Part shown: one piece after another, positions 9,048-17,519 of the stretch
Position numbering within the stretch: position 1 is the first letter of the stretch
Layout: the number at the start of each line of letters is the position of its first letter
DNA from: Bacteroides sp.
GTDB lineage: Bacteria > Bacteroidota > Bacteroidia > G022818785
Length of the DNA stretch: 26,581 bases
Reading direction: 5' to 3'
Assembly: GCA_022818785.1 (NCBI GenBank)
Contig: CP063811.1
Coordinates: 439,729 to 466,309 of the forward strand
Notes under the pieces: generated by a model
Told to the model about the DNA's origin: nothing
The model's database searches: none
The model's input: the letters and a program-made list of their open reading frames with translations, nothing else
Made by a program: the position numbers and the translations under genes

Positions 9048-10049
9048 TTACAATTTTTTATATATATATAATCCTAAATCTATTAATTTGTTTGCATATC
9101 CATATTCATTATCATACCATGCTATTATTTTAAAAAAGTTTTTATTTAATTGCATACCGGCATTAGCATCAAATATAGAAATTCTAGGATCTTTTAATAT
9201 ATCTTGAGATACTATACTATCTTCTACATAGGATAATATATTATGTAAATAAGATTTAGATGCATCTTTTATCTTATATTTTATCTCATCATATGATGTT
9301 GATTTTTCTGTTTTTATATTAAAATCTAATAAAGAAACATTTCCTATAGGAACTCTAAATGATATTCCTGTAATTTTATTGCTTAATTCAGGAATGACTT
9401 TGCCAAGAGCAATAGCTGCTCCTGTAGAATGAGGTATAATATTTAATAATGAAGATCTATTTAATCTAGATTTTTTAGATAAAACATCTAACAAATTTTG
9501 TGTATTAGTAGATGCATGAACAGTAGACATTAATCCTTCTTTTATAATAAAATTATCATGTATAACTTTGGCTATAGGAGCAATACAATTTGTTGTACAA
9601 GAAGCATTTGATATAATATCATATTTTAAATTGTAGTCATCATGATTTACACCCATAACAAACATAGGAGTATTATCTTTTGATGGTGCTGACATTATAA
9701 CTTTTTTAGCACCTGATTTAATATGTAATTCGGATAATTGCTTTGTTAAAAACATTCCAGTAGACTCTATAATAACAGATGCGTCTACATCTTTCCAATT
9801 AATATTTTGAGGATTTTTTTTATTAGTAACACGTATTTTATGATTATTTACCAATAAATAATTGTTTTCAACCGAAATATTGTGATTTAATTTACCATAT
9901 ATAGAATCATATTTTAAATAATATAGGATATCTTCTACATTATATAAGTCATTTATGCCTACTATTGTAACATCATGCCTATTATCTATAATCTCTCTGA
10001 AAACTGCTTTTCCTATTCTTCCTATTCCATTAATACCTATTTTTAACAT
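9048..10049 (-). CDS. gapA: Glyceraldehyde-3-phosphate dehydrogenase (type I)
   Basis: GINGIGRIG, YDSIYG, ESTG, catalytic NASCTTNC, STVH, TGAA, FRVP, AWYDNEYGY. Confidence 0.96.
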   Translation of the reverse strand: MLKIGINGIGRIGKAVFREIIDNRHDVTIVGINDLYNVEDILYYLKYDSIYGKLNHNISVENNYLLVNNHKIRVTNKKNPQNINWKDVDASVIIESTGMFLTKQLSELHIKSGAKKVIMSAPSKDNTPMFVMGVNHDDYNLKYDIISNASCTTNCIAPIAKVIHDNFIIKEGLMSTVHASTNTQNLLDVLSKKSRLNRSSLLNIIPHSTGAAIALGKVIPELSNKITGISFRVPIGNVSLLDFNIKTEKSTSYDEIKYKIKDASKSYLHNILSYVEDSIVSQDILKDPRISIFDANAGMQLNKNFFKIIAWYDNEYGYANKLIDLGLYIYKKL

Positions 10050-10086
10050 TTTATTTAATTTTATGAGATAAAAAAAATTTATATAT

Positions 10087-10133
10087 TATCATAATATATG
10101 ATATTATGTCAGTATTATATAATATATATGTCA
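10087..10133. promoter_or_regulatory. Putative upstream operator/enhancer sites (inverted and direct TGTCA-type repeats)
   Basis: TATCATA-ata-TATGATA inverted repeat (10087-10103), TGATA-tta-TGTCA near-palindrome (10099-10111), and a direct repeat of TATGTCA at 10105 and 10127 (22 bp apart). Confidence 0.4.
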
Positions 10134-10139
10134 ATAATT

Positions 10140-10147
10140 CAAATATA
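10140..10147 (-). promoter_or_regulatory. Putative Bacteroidota sigmaA -7 element (TATATTTG) for gapA
   Basis: TAnnTTTG on the minus strand about 90 nt upstream of the gapA start. The same octamer occurs upstream of proS. Confidence 0.4.
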
Positions 10148-10202
10148 TGTTTTTTATATAGAAAAACACTTTTATTATATACATATGTTATATTCATTTT
10201 TT

Positions 10203-10219
10203 CTGGCATAAAAAATGAT
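10203..10219 (+). promoter_or_regulatory. Putative sigma54-type (-24/-12) promoter of groESL
   Basis: CTGGCATAAAAAATGAT: TGGCA -24 box with GG-N10-GA spacing (canonical GG-N10-GC), about 40 nt upstream of the groES ATG. It is the only GG dinucleotide in the spacer. Confidence 0.5.
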
Positions 10220-10259
10220 TGTATTTTATTAATTGTTAAATTTTAAAAAAATAATTAAA

Positions 10260-10532
10260 ATGTTAAAAATTAAACCTCTTGCAGATAGAGTAGTTATAGA
10301 AGCTTCTCCTGCAAAGCAACAAACTTCTTCAGGAATTATAATACCTGATACGGCAAAAGAAAAACCACAAAAAGGAAATGTCGTAGCAGTTGGTGGAGGA
10401 AAAAAAGATGATCCATTAACTGTAAAAATAGGAGATATTGTATTATATGGAAAATATTCTGGAACTGAAATAGAAATTGATGGGAAAGAATACCTAATAA
10501 TGCGTGAATCTGATATATATGCAATAATATAA
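10260..10532 (+). CDS. groES: Co-chaperonin GroES
   Basis: [51 protein letters not shown] 10260 preferred over TTG 10233. Confidence 0.98.
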   Translation: MLKIKPLADRVVIEASPAKQQTSSGIIIPDTAKEKPQKGNVVAVGGGKKDDPLTVKIGDIVLYGKYSGTEIEIDGKEYLIMRESDIYAII

Positions 10533-10565
10533 TAAATTTCAAAAATTATAAATTATAAATTAATT

Positions 10566-12218
10566 ATGGGAAAACAACTTAAATACGATATGGAAGCTCG
10601 TGATGCTCTTAAAAGAGGAGTTGATGCGCTAGCTAATGCAGTTAAAGTTACTTTAGGACCTAAAGGAAGAAATGTTATAATAGATAAAAAATTTGGAACT
10701 CCAATAATTACTAAAGATGGTGTAACAGTTGCAAAAGAAATTGAATTAAAAGATCCATTAGAAAATATGGGTGCCCAAATAGTTAAAGAAGTAGCTTCTA
10801 AAACTGCAGATATAGCAGGTGATGGAACTACTACTGCTACTTTATTAGCACAGTGTATTATTTCAAGTGGATTAAAAAATGTAACTGCTGGAGCTAATCC
10901 TATGGATATAAAAAGAGGAATTGATAAAGCTGTTAAAGAAGTTATCAATAATTTTAATTTAAATACATCTATCATTGGAAATGATAATAATAAAATAAAA
11001 CAAATAGCTACTATATCTGCTAATAATGATCATTTAATAGGTGATCTTATTGCTAAAGCTATGCATAAAGTTAAAAAAGAAGGTGTAATTACTGTTGAAG
11101 AGTCTAAAAGTACAGATACATATGTAGATGTAGTAGAAGGAATGCAATTTGATAGAGGATATTTATCTCCTTATTTTGTTACTAATTCTGACAAAATGGA
11201 AGCAGAACTTGAAAATCCATATATTTTAATATATGATAAGAAAATTTCTACTATGAAAGAATTGCTTCCTATTTTAGAAAAGGTTATACAAAGTAACAAA
11301 TCTATATTTATAATAGCTGAGGATGTAGATGGAGAAGCTTTAGCTACTTTAGTAGTAAACAAGTTAAGAGGATCTTTAAAAATTGTTGCAGTAAAAGCTC
11401 CTGGATTTGGTGATAGACGTAAATCTATGTTAGAAGATATATCTATTTTAACTGGAGGAACTGTTATTTCTGAGGAAAGAGGATTTAAATTAGAAAATGC
11501 AGATTTAACATATTTAGGTCAAGCTGAAAAGATAATTGTTGATAAAGACAATACTACCATTGTTAATGGTATGGGAAATAAAAAAGATATTGAAGAACGT
11601 GTACATCAAATTAAAGCTCAAATAGAATCTACTACTTCAGATTATGATAAAGAAAAGCTTCAAGAAAGATTAGCTAAACTGGCAGGAGGAGTAGCAGTGT
11701 TATATGTTGGTGCTGCAACTGAGGTAGAAATGAAAGAAAAAAAGGATCGTGTTGATGATGCATTACATGCTACAAGAGCTGCTGTTGAAGAAGGAATTGT
11801 TGCAGGTGGAGGTGTCGCTTTTATAAGAGCTATTAATGCTATAAAGCATGTAAAAACAGATAATAAAGACGAAGACACTGGTGTAAATATTATTAGAAGA
11901 GCTTTGGAAGAACCTTTACGTCAAATAGTATTTAATTCTGGAGGAGAAGGTTCAATTGTTGTTCAAAAAGTAAAATTAGGCCAAGATGACTTTGGATATA
12001 ATGCTAGAACGGATAAATATGAAAATTTAATTAATGCTGGTGTTATAGATCCTAAAAAAGTTGTTCGTGTTGCATTAGAAAATGCTGCGTCTATTGCTTC
12101 TATGTTTTTAACTACAGAATGTGTTATTGCAGATGATAATTCTAATGATGATAACAAAAATGGAGCTAATAACATGCCAATGGGTGGAGGTGCTCCTGGT
12201 ATGGGAGGAATGATGTAA
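10566..12218 (+). CDS. groEL: Chaperonin GroEL
   Basis: [51 protein letters not shown], and a GGM-type C-terminal tail. Confidence 0.99.
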   Translation: MGKQLKYDMEARDALKRGVDALANAVKVTLGPKGRNVIIDKKFGTPIITKDGVTVAKEIELKDPLENMGAQIVKEVASKTADIAGDGTTTATLLAQCIISSGLKNVTAGANPMDIKRGIDKAVKEVINNFNLNTSIIGNDNNKIKQIATISANNDHLIGDLIAKAMHKVKKEGVITVEESKSTDTYVDVVEGMQFDRGYLSPYFVTNSDKMEAELENPYILIYDKKISTMKELLPILEKVIQSNKSIFIIAEDVDGEALATLVVNKLRGSLKIVAVKAPGFGDRRKSMLEDISILTGGTVISEERGFKLENADLTYLGQAEKIIVDKDNTTIVNGMGNKKDIEERVHQIKAQIESTTSDYDKEKLQERLAKLAGGVAVLYVGAATEVEMKEKKDRVDDALHATRAAVEEGIVAGGGVAFIRAINAIKHVKTDNKDEDTGVNIIRRALEEPLRQIVFNSGGEGSIVVQKVKLGQDDFGYNARTDKYENLINAGVIDPKKVVRVALENAASIASMFLTTECVIADDNSNDDNKNGANNMPMGGGAPGMGGMM

Positions 12219-12237
12219 TTTATTTATTATTAGATAT

Positions 12238-12276
12238 AAAATACAACCAAAAATATTTTTGGTTGTATTTTTTTTT
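12238..12276. terminator. Probable bidirectional intrinsic terminator between convergent groEL and ffh
   Basis: Perfect 34-bp palindrome AAAATACAACCAAAAAT/ATTTTTGGTTGTATTTT (12238-12271) running into a T9 tract on the plus strand. Confidence 0.8.
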
Positions 12277-13612
12277 AAAACATATTTTTTTTAATTTTAT
12301 TTAAAATTTGACTAGTATTGTATTTATTCTTTTTAAGATTATTTATAATTTTTTTACTTCTTTGAAAGTATTCTAACATATTATTTACTTCTAAAATTGT
12401 TTTACCGCATCCTTGGGAAATTTTATTAATTCTAAATTTATTAATTCTAAGTGGATTTATGCGTTCTTTTTCAGTCATAGAATTATAGATAATTTCAAAA
12501 CTATTGAAAATATCAGTATTTATATCTTGATTTAAAGAAGATAAATGATGATTTTTAGGTAAAAAACCAATTAATTCTTTTATATTACCAATGCTTTTAA
12601 TTTTCTTAATATAACCCATAAAATCATTCATATTAAAATCATTCTTTAAAACATCTTTCAAAGATTTATTTTGTGTTTTTTTAAAAATTTTTTGTGCTTT
12701 TTCTACCAAACTAATAACATCTCCCATTCCTAATATTCTGGATGCCATTCTATCAGGATAGAAAATATCTATATTAGACATTTTTTCTCCAGTGCTTATA
12801 AATTTTATAGGCTTATTAGTAGTATGCACAATTGATATTGTAGCTCCACCTTTATTATCTCCATCTAGTTTTGTCATTACAATACCTGTAAATCCTATAG
12901 CATCATTAAAAATTTTTGCATTATTTATAGCATTTTGTCCACTCATAGAATCTACAATCATTAAAGTTTCATCTATTTTAACATGTTTTTTTATATCATT
13001 TATTTCATTTGTCATTTTTATATCAATTCCTAATCTTCCAGCAGTATCTATAATAAAAATATCATCATTTTTGTATTTGGGATTATTTAAACAATTTAAT
13101 ACAATATTTGTGGCATTATTGGAATTATCTTCATAATAAACTGGTATATTAATTTTTTCTCCTAATATTTGTAATTGTTTTATAGCAGCTGGTCTATGAA
13201 TATCTGCAGCTATTAATGTAACTTTCTTATTATAATTATCTTTTATCCATAAAGCTAATTTAGCAGCAAAAGTAGTTTTTCCAACTCCTTGCAACCCTAA
13301 TAATAATATTATTGTAGGAGTATTATTAATACTAATATTGCTCATTTTATTACCCATTATTAATTTTAATTCATCTTTAATAATTTTCACTATAAATTGA
13401 TCAGGAGTGATATTATCTATTAAATTAAGCCCTATAGCTTTTTGTTTGACTGAGTCAATTATATGTTGACAAGTTTTATAAGATACATCAGATTCTATTA
13501 ATGCCTTTTTTATTTCTTTAAGTGTTTTAGCAATATTTATTTCAGTAATTTTATGATTACCTTTAATAAATTTAAGAGATTGTTCTATTTTATTTTGTAT
13601 TGTATTAAACAT
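12275..13612 (-). CDS. ffh: Signal recognition particle protein Ffh
   Basis: ALIESDV, GLQGVGKTT, DIHRPAA, DTAGR, TKLDG, PDRMASRILGMGDV, M-domain SMT..ER..P. Confidence 0.97.
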   Translation of the reverse strand: MFNTIQNKIEQSLKFIKGNHKITEINIAKTLKEIKKALIESDVSYKTCQHIIDSVKQKAIGLNLIDNITPDQFIVKIIKDELKLIMGNKMSNISINNTPTIILLLGLQGVGKTTFAAKLALWIKDNYNKKVTLIAADIHRPAAIKQLQILGEKINIPVYYEDNSNNATNIVLNCLNNPKYKNDDIFIIDTAGRLGIDIKMTNEINDIKKHVKIDETLMIVDSMSGQNAINNAKIFNDAIGFTGIVMTKLDGDNKGGATISIVHTTNKPIKFISTGEKMSNIDIFYPDRMASRILGMGDVISLVEKAQKIFKKTQNKSLKDVLKNDFNMNDFMGYIKKIKSIGNIKELIGFLPKNHHLSSLNQDINTDIFNSFEIIYNSMTEKERINPLRINKFRINKISQGCGKTILEVNNMLEYFQRSKKIINNLKKNKYNTSQILNKIKKNMF

Positions 13613-13620
13613 AATAAATT

Positions 13621-13630
13621 TAATTTTGCA
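13621..13630 (+). promoter_or_regulatory. Putative Bacteroidota sigmaA -7 element (TAATTTTGCA) for secG-DUF2795
   Basis: Extended consensus TAnnTTTGCA in the divergent ffh/secG spacer. Confidence 0.5.
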
Positions 13631-13717
13631 TATTAATTTATATACTAAATTGTAAAATTAGTATCTTTATTTCTATATTTTAAAATATAAAATAATATTT
13701 TTAATTATCATTAAATA

Positions 13718-13924
13718 ATGATTAATATCACAGTTTTATTAATAAGCTTATTGTTAATAGCAATAATACTAATACAAAATCCTAAAGATACAGGATTAAT
13801 AAAAGAATTAAGATATTATACTACTAAATTTATTAGTATAAAAGACACTAATAACATATTAGATACTATTACCTGGATTTTAATATTATTAATGATGATT
13901 TTAGTTATATTAGGTAATAAATAA
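13718..13924 (+). CDS. secG: Preprotein translocase subunit SecG (minimal)
   Basis: 68 aa, two TM helices, 'LLLIAIILIQNPK..GL' and 'LDTITWIL', matching the Bacteroidota SecG pattern (QNPKGGGL...LEKxTW). Confidence 0.8.
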   Translation: MINITVLLISLLLIAIILIQNPKDTGLIKELRYYTTKFISIKDTNNILDTITWILILLMMILVILGNK

Positions 13925-13985
13925 AAATTACAGTATAATATTAATTATTATTATTCATCAATAAATTTTTTTATAAAAGATATAT

Positions 13986-14207
13986 ATGTATTGGACACTA
14001 GAACTTGCCTCTTATTTAGAGGATGCTCCATGGCCTGCAACTAAAGACGAATTAATAGATTATGCTATTAGATCAGGTTCACCTAATGAAGTAATAGAAA
14101 ATTTACAAGAATTGGAAGAAGAAAATGAACCATATGAAAATATTGAAGAAATATGGCCAGATTATCCAACAAAAGAAGATTTCTTTTTTAATGAAGACGA
14201 ATATTAA
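13986..14207 (+). CDS. DUF2795 family conserved acidic protein
   Basis: MYWTLELASYLEDAPWPATKDELIDYAIRSG...IWPDYPT..DFFFNEDEY, recognisable as the conserved 73-aa Bacteroidota DUF2795 protein. Confidence 0.9.
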   Translation: MYWTLELASYLEDAPWPATKDELIDYAIRSGSPNEVIENLQELEEENEPYENIEEIWPDYPTKEDFFFNEDEY

Positions 14208-14216
14208 ATTCATTAC

Positions 14217-15275
14217 TTATATAATAAGCATTGCATCTCCATAACTATAGAATCTATAATTATCTTTGATAGCTATTGCATAGGCTTTTTTGATCAATTC
14301 ATAACCTCCAAAAGCTGAAACCATAATATATAATGATGATTTAGGGGGATGAAAATTTGTTATCATTGAATTAGCAATGTTAAAATTATAAGGTGGAAAA
14401 ATAAATTTATTTGTCCATCCATCAGAAAATTTCAAATTATTACTAGCGGATATAGAAGATTCTATAGCTTTCATAGTGCTAACCCCTACAATGCATATGT
14501 TGTTATTTTTTGATGCATTATTAATAATATTAACACATTTATCAGATACATAATATTTTTCAGAATAAGTCTTATGTTTAGATAAATCTTCTACTTCAAC
14601 AGATTTAAAAGTTCCTATTCCAATATGTAAAGTAATATTAGCAAATATCACTCCTCTAAGTTCTAATCTTTTTAATAGAGTATTACTAAAATGTAATCCA
14701 GCACTGGGAACTGCTACAGATCCTTCTTTATCAGCATATAAAGTTTGATATCTTAAATAATCATCAGATGTAACAGATCTATATTTGCTAATATAATCTG
14801 GCAAGGGAGGGACTCCAATACTATTAATTATCTTTTTGAATTCTTCATCACTACCATCAAAAATAAATTTTATAGTTCTACCTCTAGATGTTGTATTATC
14901 AATAACAGCAGCAGACAATTCATATTCAGTTTTAGTATTGAAATATATTTTGTTGCCAACTCTTATTTTTCTGGCAGGATTAACTAGTACATCCCATAGT
15001 TTTTCTTTTTTATTAAGTTCTCTTAATAAAAAAACTTCTATTTCAGCAGTTGTTTTTTCTTTTGTGCCATACATTCTAGCTGAAAAGACTTTGGTATCAT
15101 TAAATATTATGACATCATCTTTATTAAAATAATTAATAATATTTTTAAATATTTCATGTTTTATAGTATTATCTTTTCTATTTACTATCATTAATTTAGA
15201 TTCATCCCTTTCATTAGTAGGATTTAATGCTATTAAATTTTTTGGAACTTTAAAATTAAATTCTGATAATTTCAT
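14217..15275 (-). CDS. queA: S-adenosylmethionine:tRNA ribosyltransferase-isomerase QueA
   Basis: [65 protein letters not shown]. Confidence 0.96.
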   Translation of the reverse strand: MKLSEFNFKVPKNLIALNPTNERDESKLMIVNRKDNTIKHEIFKNIINYFNKDDVIIFNDTKVFSARMYGTKEKTTAEIEVFLLRELNKKEKLWDVLVNPARKIRVGNKIYFNTKTEYELSAAVIDNTTSRGRTIKFIFDGSDEEFKKIINSIGVPPLPDYISKYRSVTSDDYLRYQTLYADKEGSVAVPSAGLHFSNTLLKRLELRGVIFANITLHIGIGTFKSVEVEDLSKHKTYSEKYYVSDKCVNIINNASKNNNICIVGVSTMKAIESSISASNNLKFSDGWTNKFIFPPYNFNIANSMITNFHPPKSSLYIMVSAFGGYELIKKAYAIAIKDNYRFYSYGDAMLII

Positions 15276-15285
15276 TTTATTGGGT

Positions 15286-15293
15286 TAATTTTG
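15286..15293 (+). promoter_or_regulatory. Putative Bacteroidota sigmaA -7 element (TAATTTTG) for dapD-cca-metG-tRNA-fdx
   Basis: TAnnTTTG 45 nt upstream of the dapD ATG in the divergent queA/dapD spacer. Confidence 0.45.
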
Positions 15294-15337
15294 TTATATA
15301 AATATTTAAAAATACACTAAATTCCAATTATAATAAT

Positions 15338-16135
15338 ATGAATTATAAAAATTTAAAAAAAATTATTGATAAAATAGATTTAAATACTTTAAATAAATAT
15401 TCATTTGATGAATGTAAAAGTATTAATCTTGTTATAGAATTATTAAATAAAGGTAAAATTAGAATATCTAATAATATTAACAATTTATGGATTTTAAATA
15501 AATGGATAAAAAAATCCATATTATTATATTTCAAAATAAACAAAAAATATGAAATTAATATGGGAGATATTACATTTAATGATAAAATACCTTTAAAAAA
15601 CAATTATTTTGAAAATAATATAAGGAATACTCCATTGTCTATTGTTAGATATGGATCTTTTATTGGTAATAATGTAATATTAATGCCTAGTTTTATTAAT
15701 ATAGGAGCTTATGTAGATGACAATACTATGATTGATACTTGGGCTACTATTGGATCATGTGCACAAATTGGGAAAAATGTACATATTAGTGGTGGAGTTG
15801 GTATAGGAGGAGTTTTAGAACCTATTCAAAATAATCCTGTTATAATAGAAGATAATTGCTTTATTGGATCTAGATCAATTATAGTTGAAGGTGTTCGAAT
15901 AGGCCATTCTTCTGTTATAGGAGCTAATGTCGTTATAACATCATCAACTAAAATTATTGATGTTTCAAATAATATCGAATATAATGGATATATTCCTCCT
16001 AATTCAGTGGTAATACCTGGTAATTATTCAAAAAAATTTTCTTCAGGTACATATAATATACCATGTGCTTTAATAATAAAAAAAAAGAATCAAGAAACTA
16101 ATTCAAAAGTAATTTTAAATTCAACACTAAGATAG
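15338..16135 (+). CDS. dapD: 2,3,4,5-tetrahydropyridine-2,6-dicarboxylate N-succinyltransferase
   Basis: WIKKSILLYF, DKIPLK, LMPSFINIGAYVD..TMIDTWATIGSCAQIGKNVHISGGVGIGGVLEP, hexapeptide repeats. Confidence 0.97.
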   Translation: MNYKNLKKIIDKIDLNTLNKYSFDECKSINLVIELLNKGKIRISNNINNLWILNKWIKKSILLYFKINKKYEINMGDITFNDKIPLKNNYFENNIRNTPLSIVRYGSFIGNNVILMPSFINIGAYVDDNTMIDTWATIGSCAQIGKNVHISGGVGIGGVLEPIQNNPVIIEDNCFIGSRSIIVEGVRIGHSSVIGANVVITSSTKIIDVSNNIEYNGYIPPNSVVIPGNYSKKFSSGTYNIPCALIIKKKNQETNSKVILNSTLR

Positions 16136-16136
16136 T

Positions 16137-17513
16137 ATGCATAAAAATTATTCTAATGATATACTATTAAAATCCTTATCAGAATTAAAAAATAATATTT
16201 CTAAAATAGAAATTATATCTATAATATCATTTATAGCATCAATAACAAACAGTAAAATATATTTGATTGGAGGTTTTATACGTGACTTTTTACTCTCTAA
16301 ACAATCCAATGATATTGATATTGTTATAATTGATAATACTTATAATTTTATTAAAAAATTATCTAATTTTCTAAAAAAGAAAATGAAATCATATAAAAGA
16401 TTTGGTACATTTTTACTAACTTATAACAGCTTTAAAATAGAGTTTGTAGAAGCTAGACAAGAGTCTTATAATATTAATTCTAGAAATCCTTTGATTAAAA
16501 AAAGTAATCTTTATGAAGATCAAAAGAGAAGAGATTTTACTATTAATACTATAGCATTTTCTTTAAATAATGATGATTTTGGCATCATTATAGATCCCTT
16601 TAAAGGGATTAATGATATTAAAAAAAATATTATTAGAACCCCTATTGATGCGAATAAAACATATTCTGACGATCCATTAAGAATGATAAGGGCTATTAGA
16701 ATAGCTAGTCAAATAAATTTTAAAATATCTAACAATTCTTTAAAATCAATTAAATTAAATAAAAATAGAATATTGATAGTATCAATAGAAAGGATTATTG
16801 ATGAATTTAATAAAATATTATTAACAAATAAACCATCAATAGGAATTAAATATTTGATTGAAACTGAATTATTCAAAATGATATTTTTTAAATCTAAATC
16901 ATTAATTAATATTGACTGTGTAAAAGATATTTTAAATTCGAAACTAAAAAATATAGATTTTATTTCTAATAAAACCAATGATATATGGTTTATATGGGCT
17001 TTTTTATTGCATGATATTATTTTATATGATAAAAAAAATTTATTGTCTCGCAAATATATATATAATATTATATCAGATATATTTAGTAATTTAAAATTAC
17101 CTAAAAAGAATAATATGAAATTTGTTTATAGAATAATTTTTTCATACTTAAATATTATGTTTATATTAAAAAATAACATTGAAGATTATATAATTCGTGA
17201 ATTAATATTAGATTATGGAGATATTATAAAGTATACAATGCTTTTGTTTAAAACAAAAATTAATCAATCAATAATATTTTATAAAAAGATAAAAATTTTA
17301 AAAACAAAAATTCATCATATTATGAAATATGATTCAATTTCATTATGGAAATCTCCTATAACAGGAGATGAAATAATGAAATTAAAATCTTTAAAAGAAA
17401 GTAAAATAATTGGTAATATTCAAAATAAAATTAAACAAGCTATCATCAATGGAGACATAAAATATAACAAAGACGAAATTATACAATATGTTGTTAATCT
17501 TAATATAAGATAA
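16137..17513 (+). CDS. cca: tRNA nucleotidyltransferase (CCA-adding enzyme, class II; degenerate HD domain)
   Basis: GGFIRD.LL....DIDI, ARQESY, RRDFTIN, DPF.G..D, DDPLRMIRAIR, ERIIDEFNK, LLHDI. Confidence 0.9.
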   Translation: MHKNYSNDILLKSLSELKNNISKIEIISIISFIASITNSKIYLIGGFIRDFLLSKQSNDIDIVIIDNTYNFIKKLSNFLKKKMKSYKRFGTFLLTYNSFKIEFVEARQESYNINSRNPLIKKSNLYEDQKRRDFTINTIAFSLNNDDFGIIIDPFKGINDIKKNIIRTPIDANKTYSDDPLRMIRAIRIASQINFKISNNSLKSIKLNKNRILIVSIERIIDEFNKILLTNKPSIGIKYLIETELFKMIFFKSKSLINIDCVKDILNSKLKNIDFISNKTNDIWFIWAFLLHDIILYDKKNLLSRKYIYNIISDIFSNLKLPKKNNMKFVYRIIFSYLNIMFILKNNIEDYIIRELILDYGDIIKYTMLLFKTKINQSIIFYKKIKILKTKIHHIMKYDSISLWKSPITGDEIMKLKSLKESKIIGNIQNKIKQAIINGDIKYNKDEIIQYVVNLNIR

Positions 17514-17519
17514 GAATTT

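Noticed and set aside
10050-10259. CIRCE/HrcA operator upstream of groESL
   Set aside because: No TTAGCACTC-N9-GAGTGCTAA or close variant is present.
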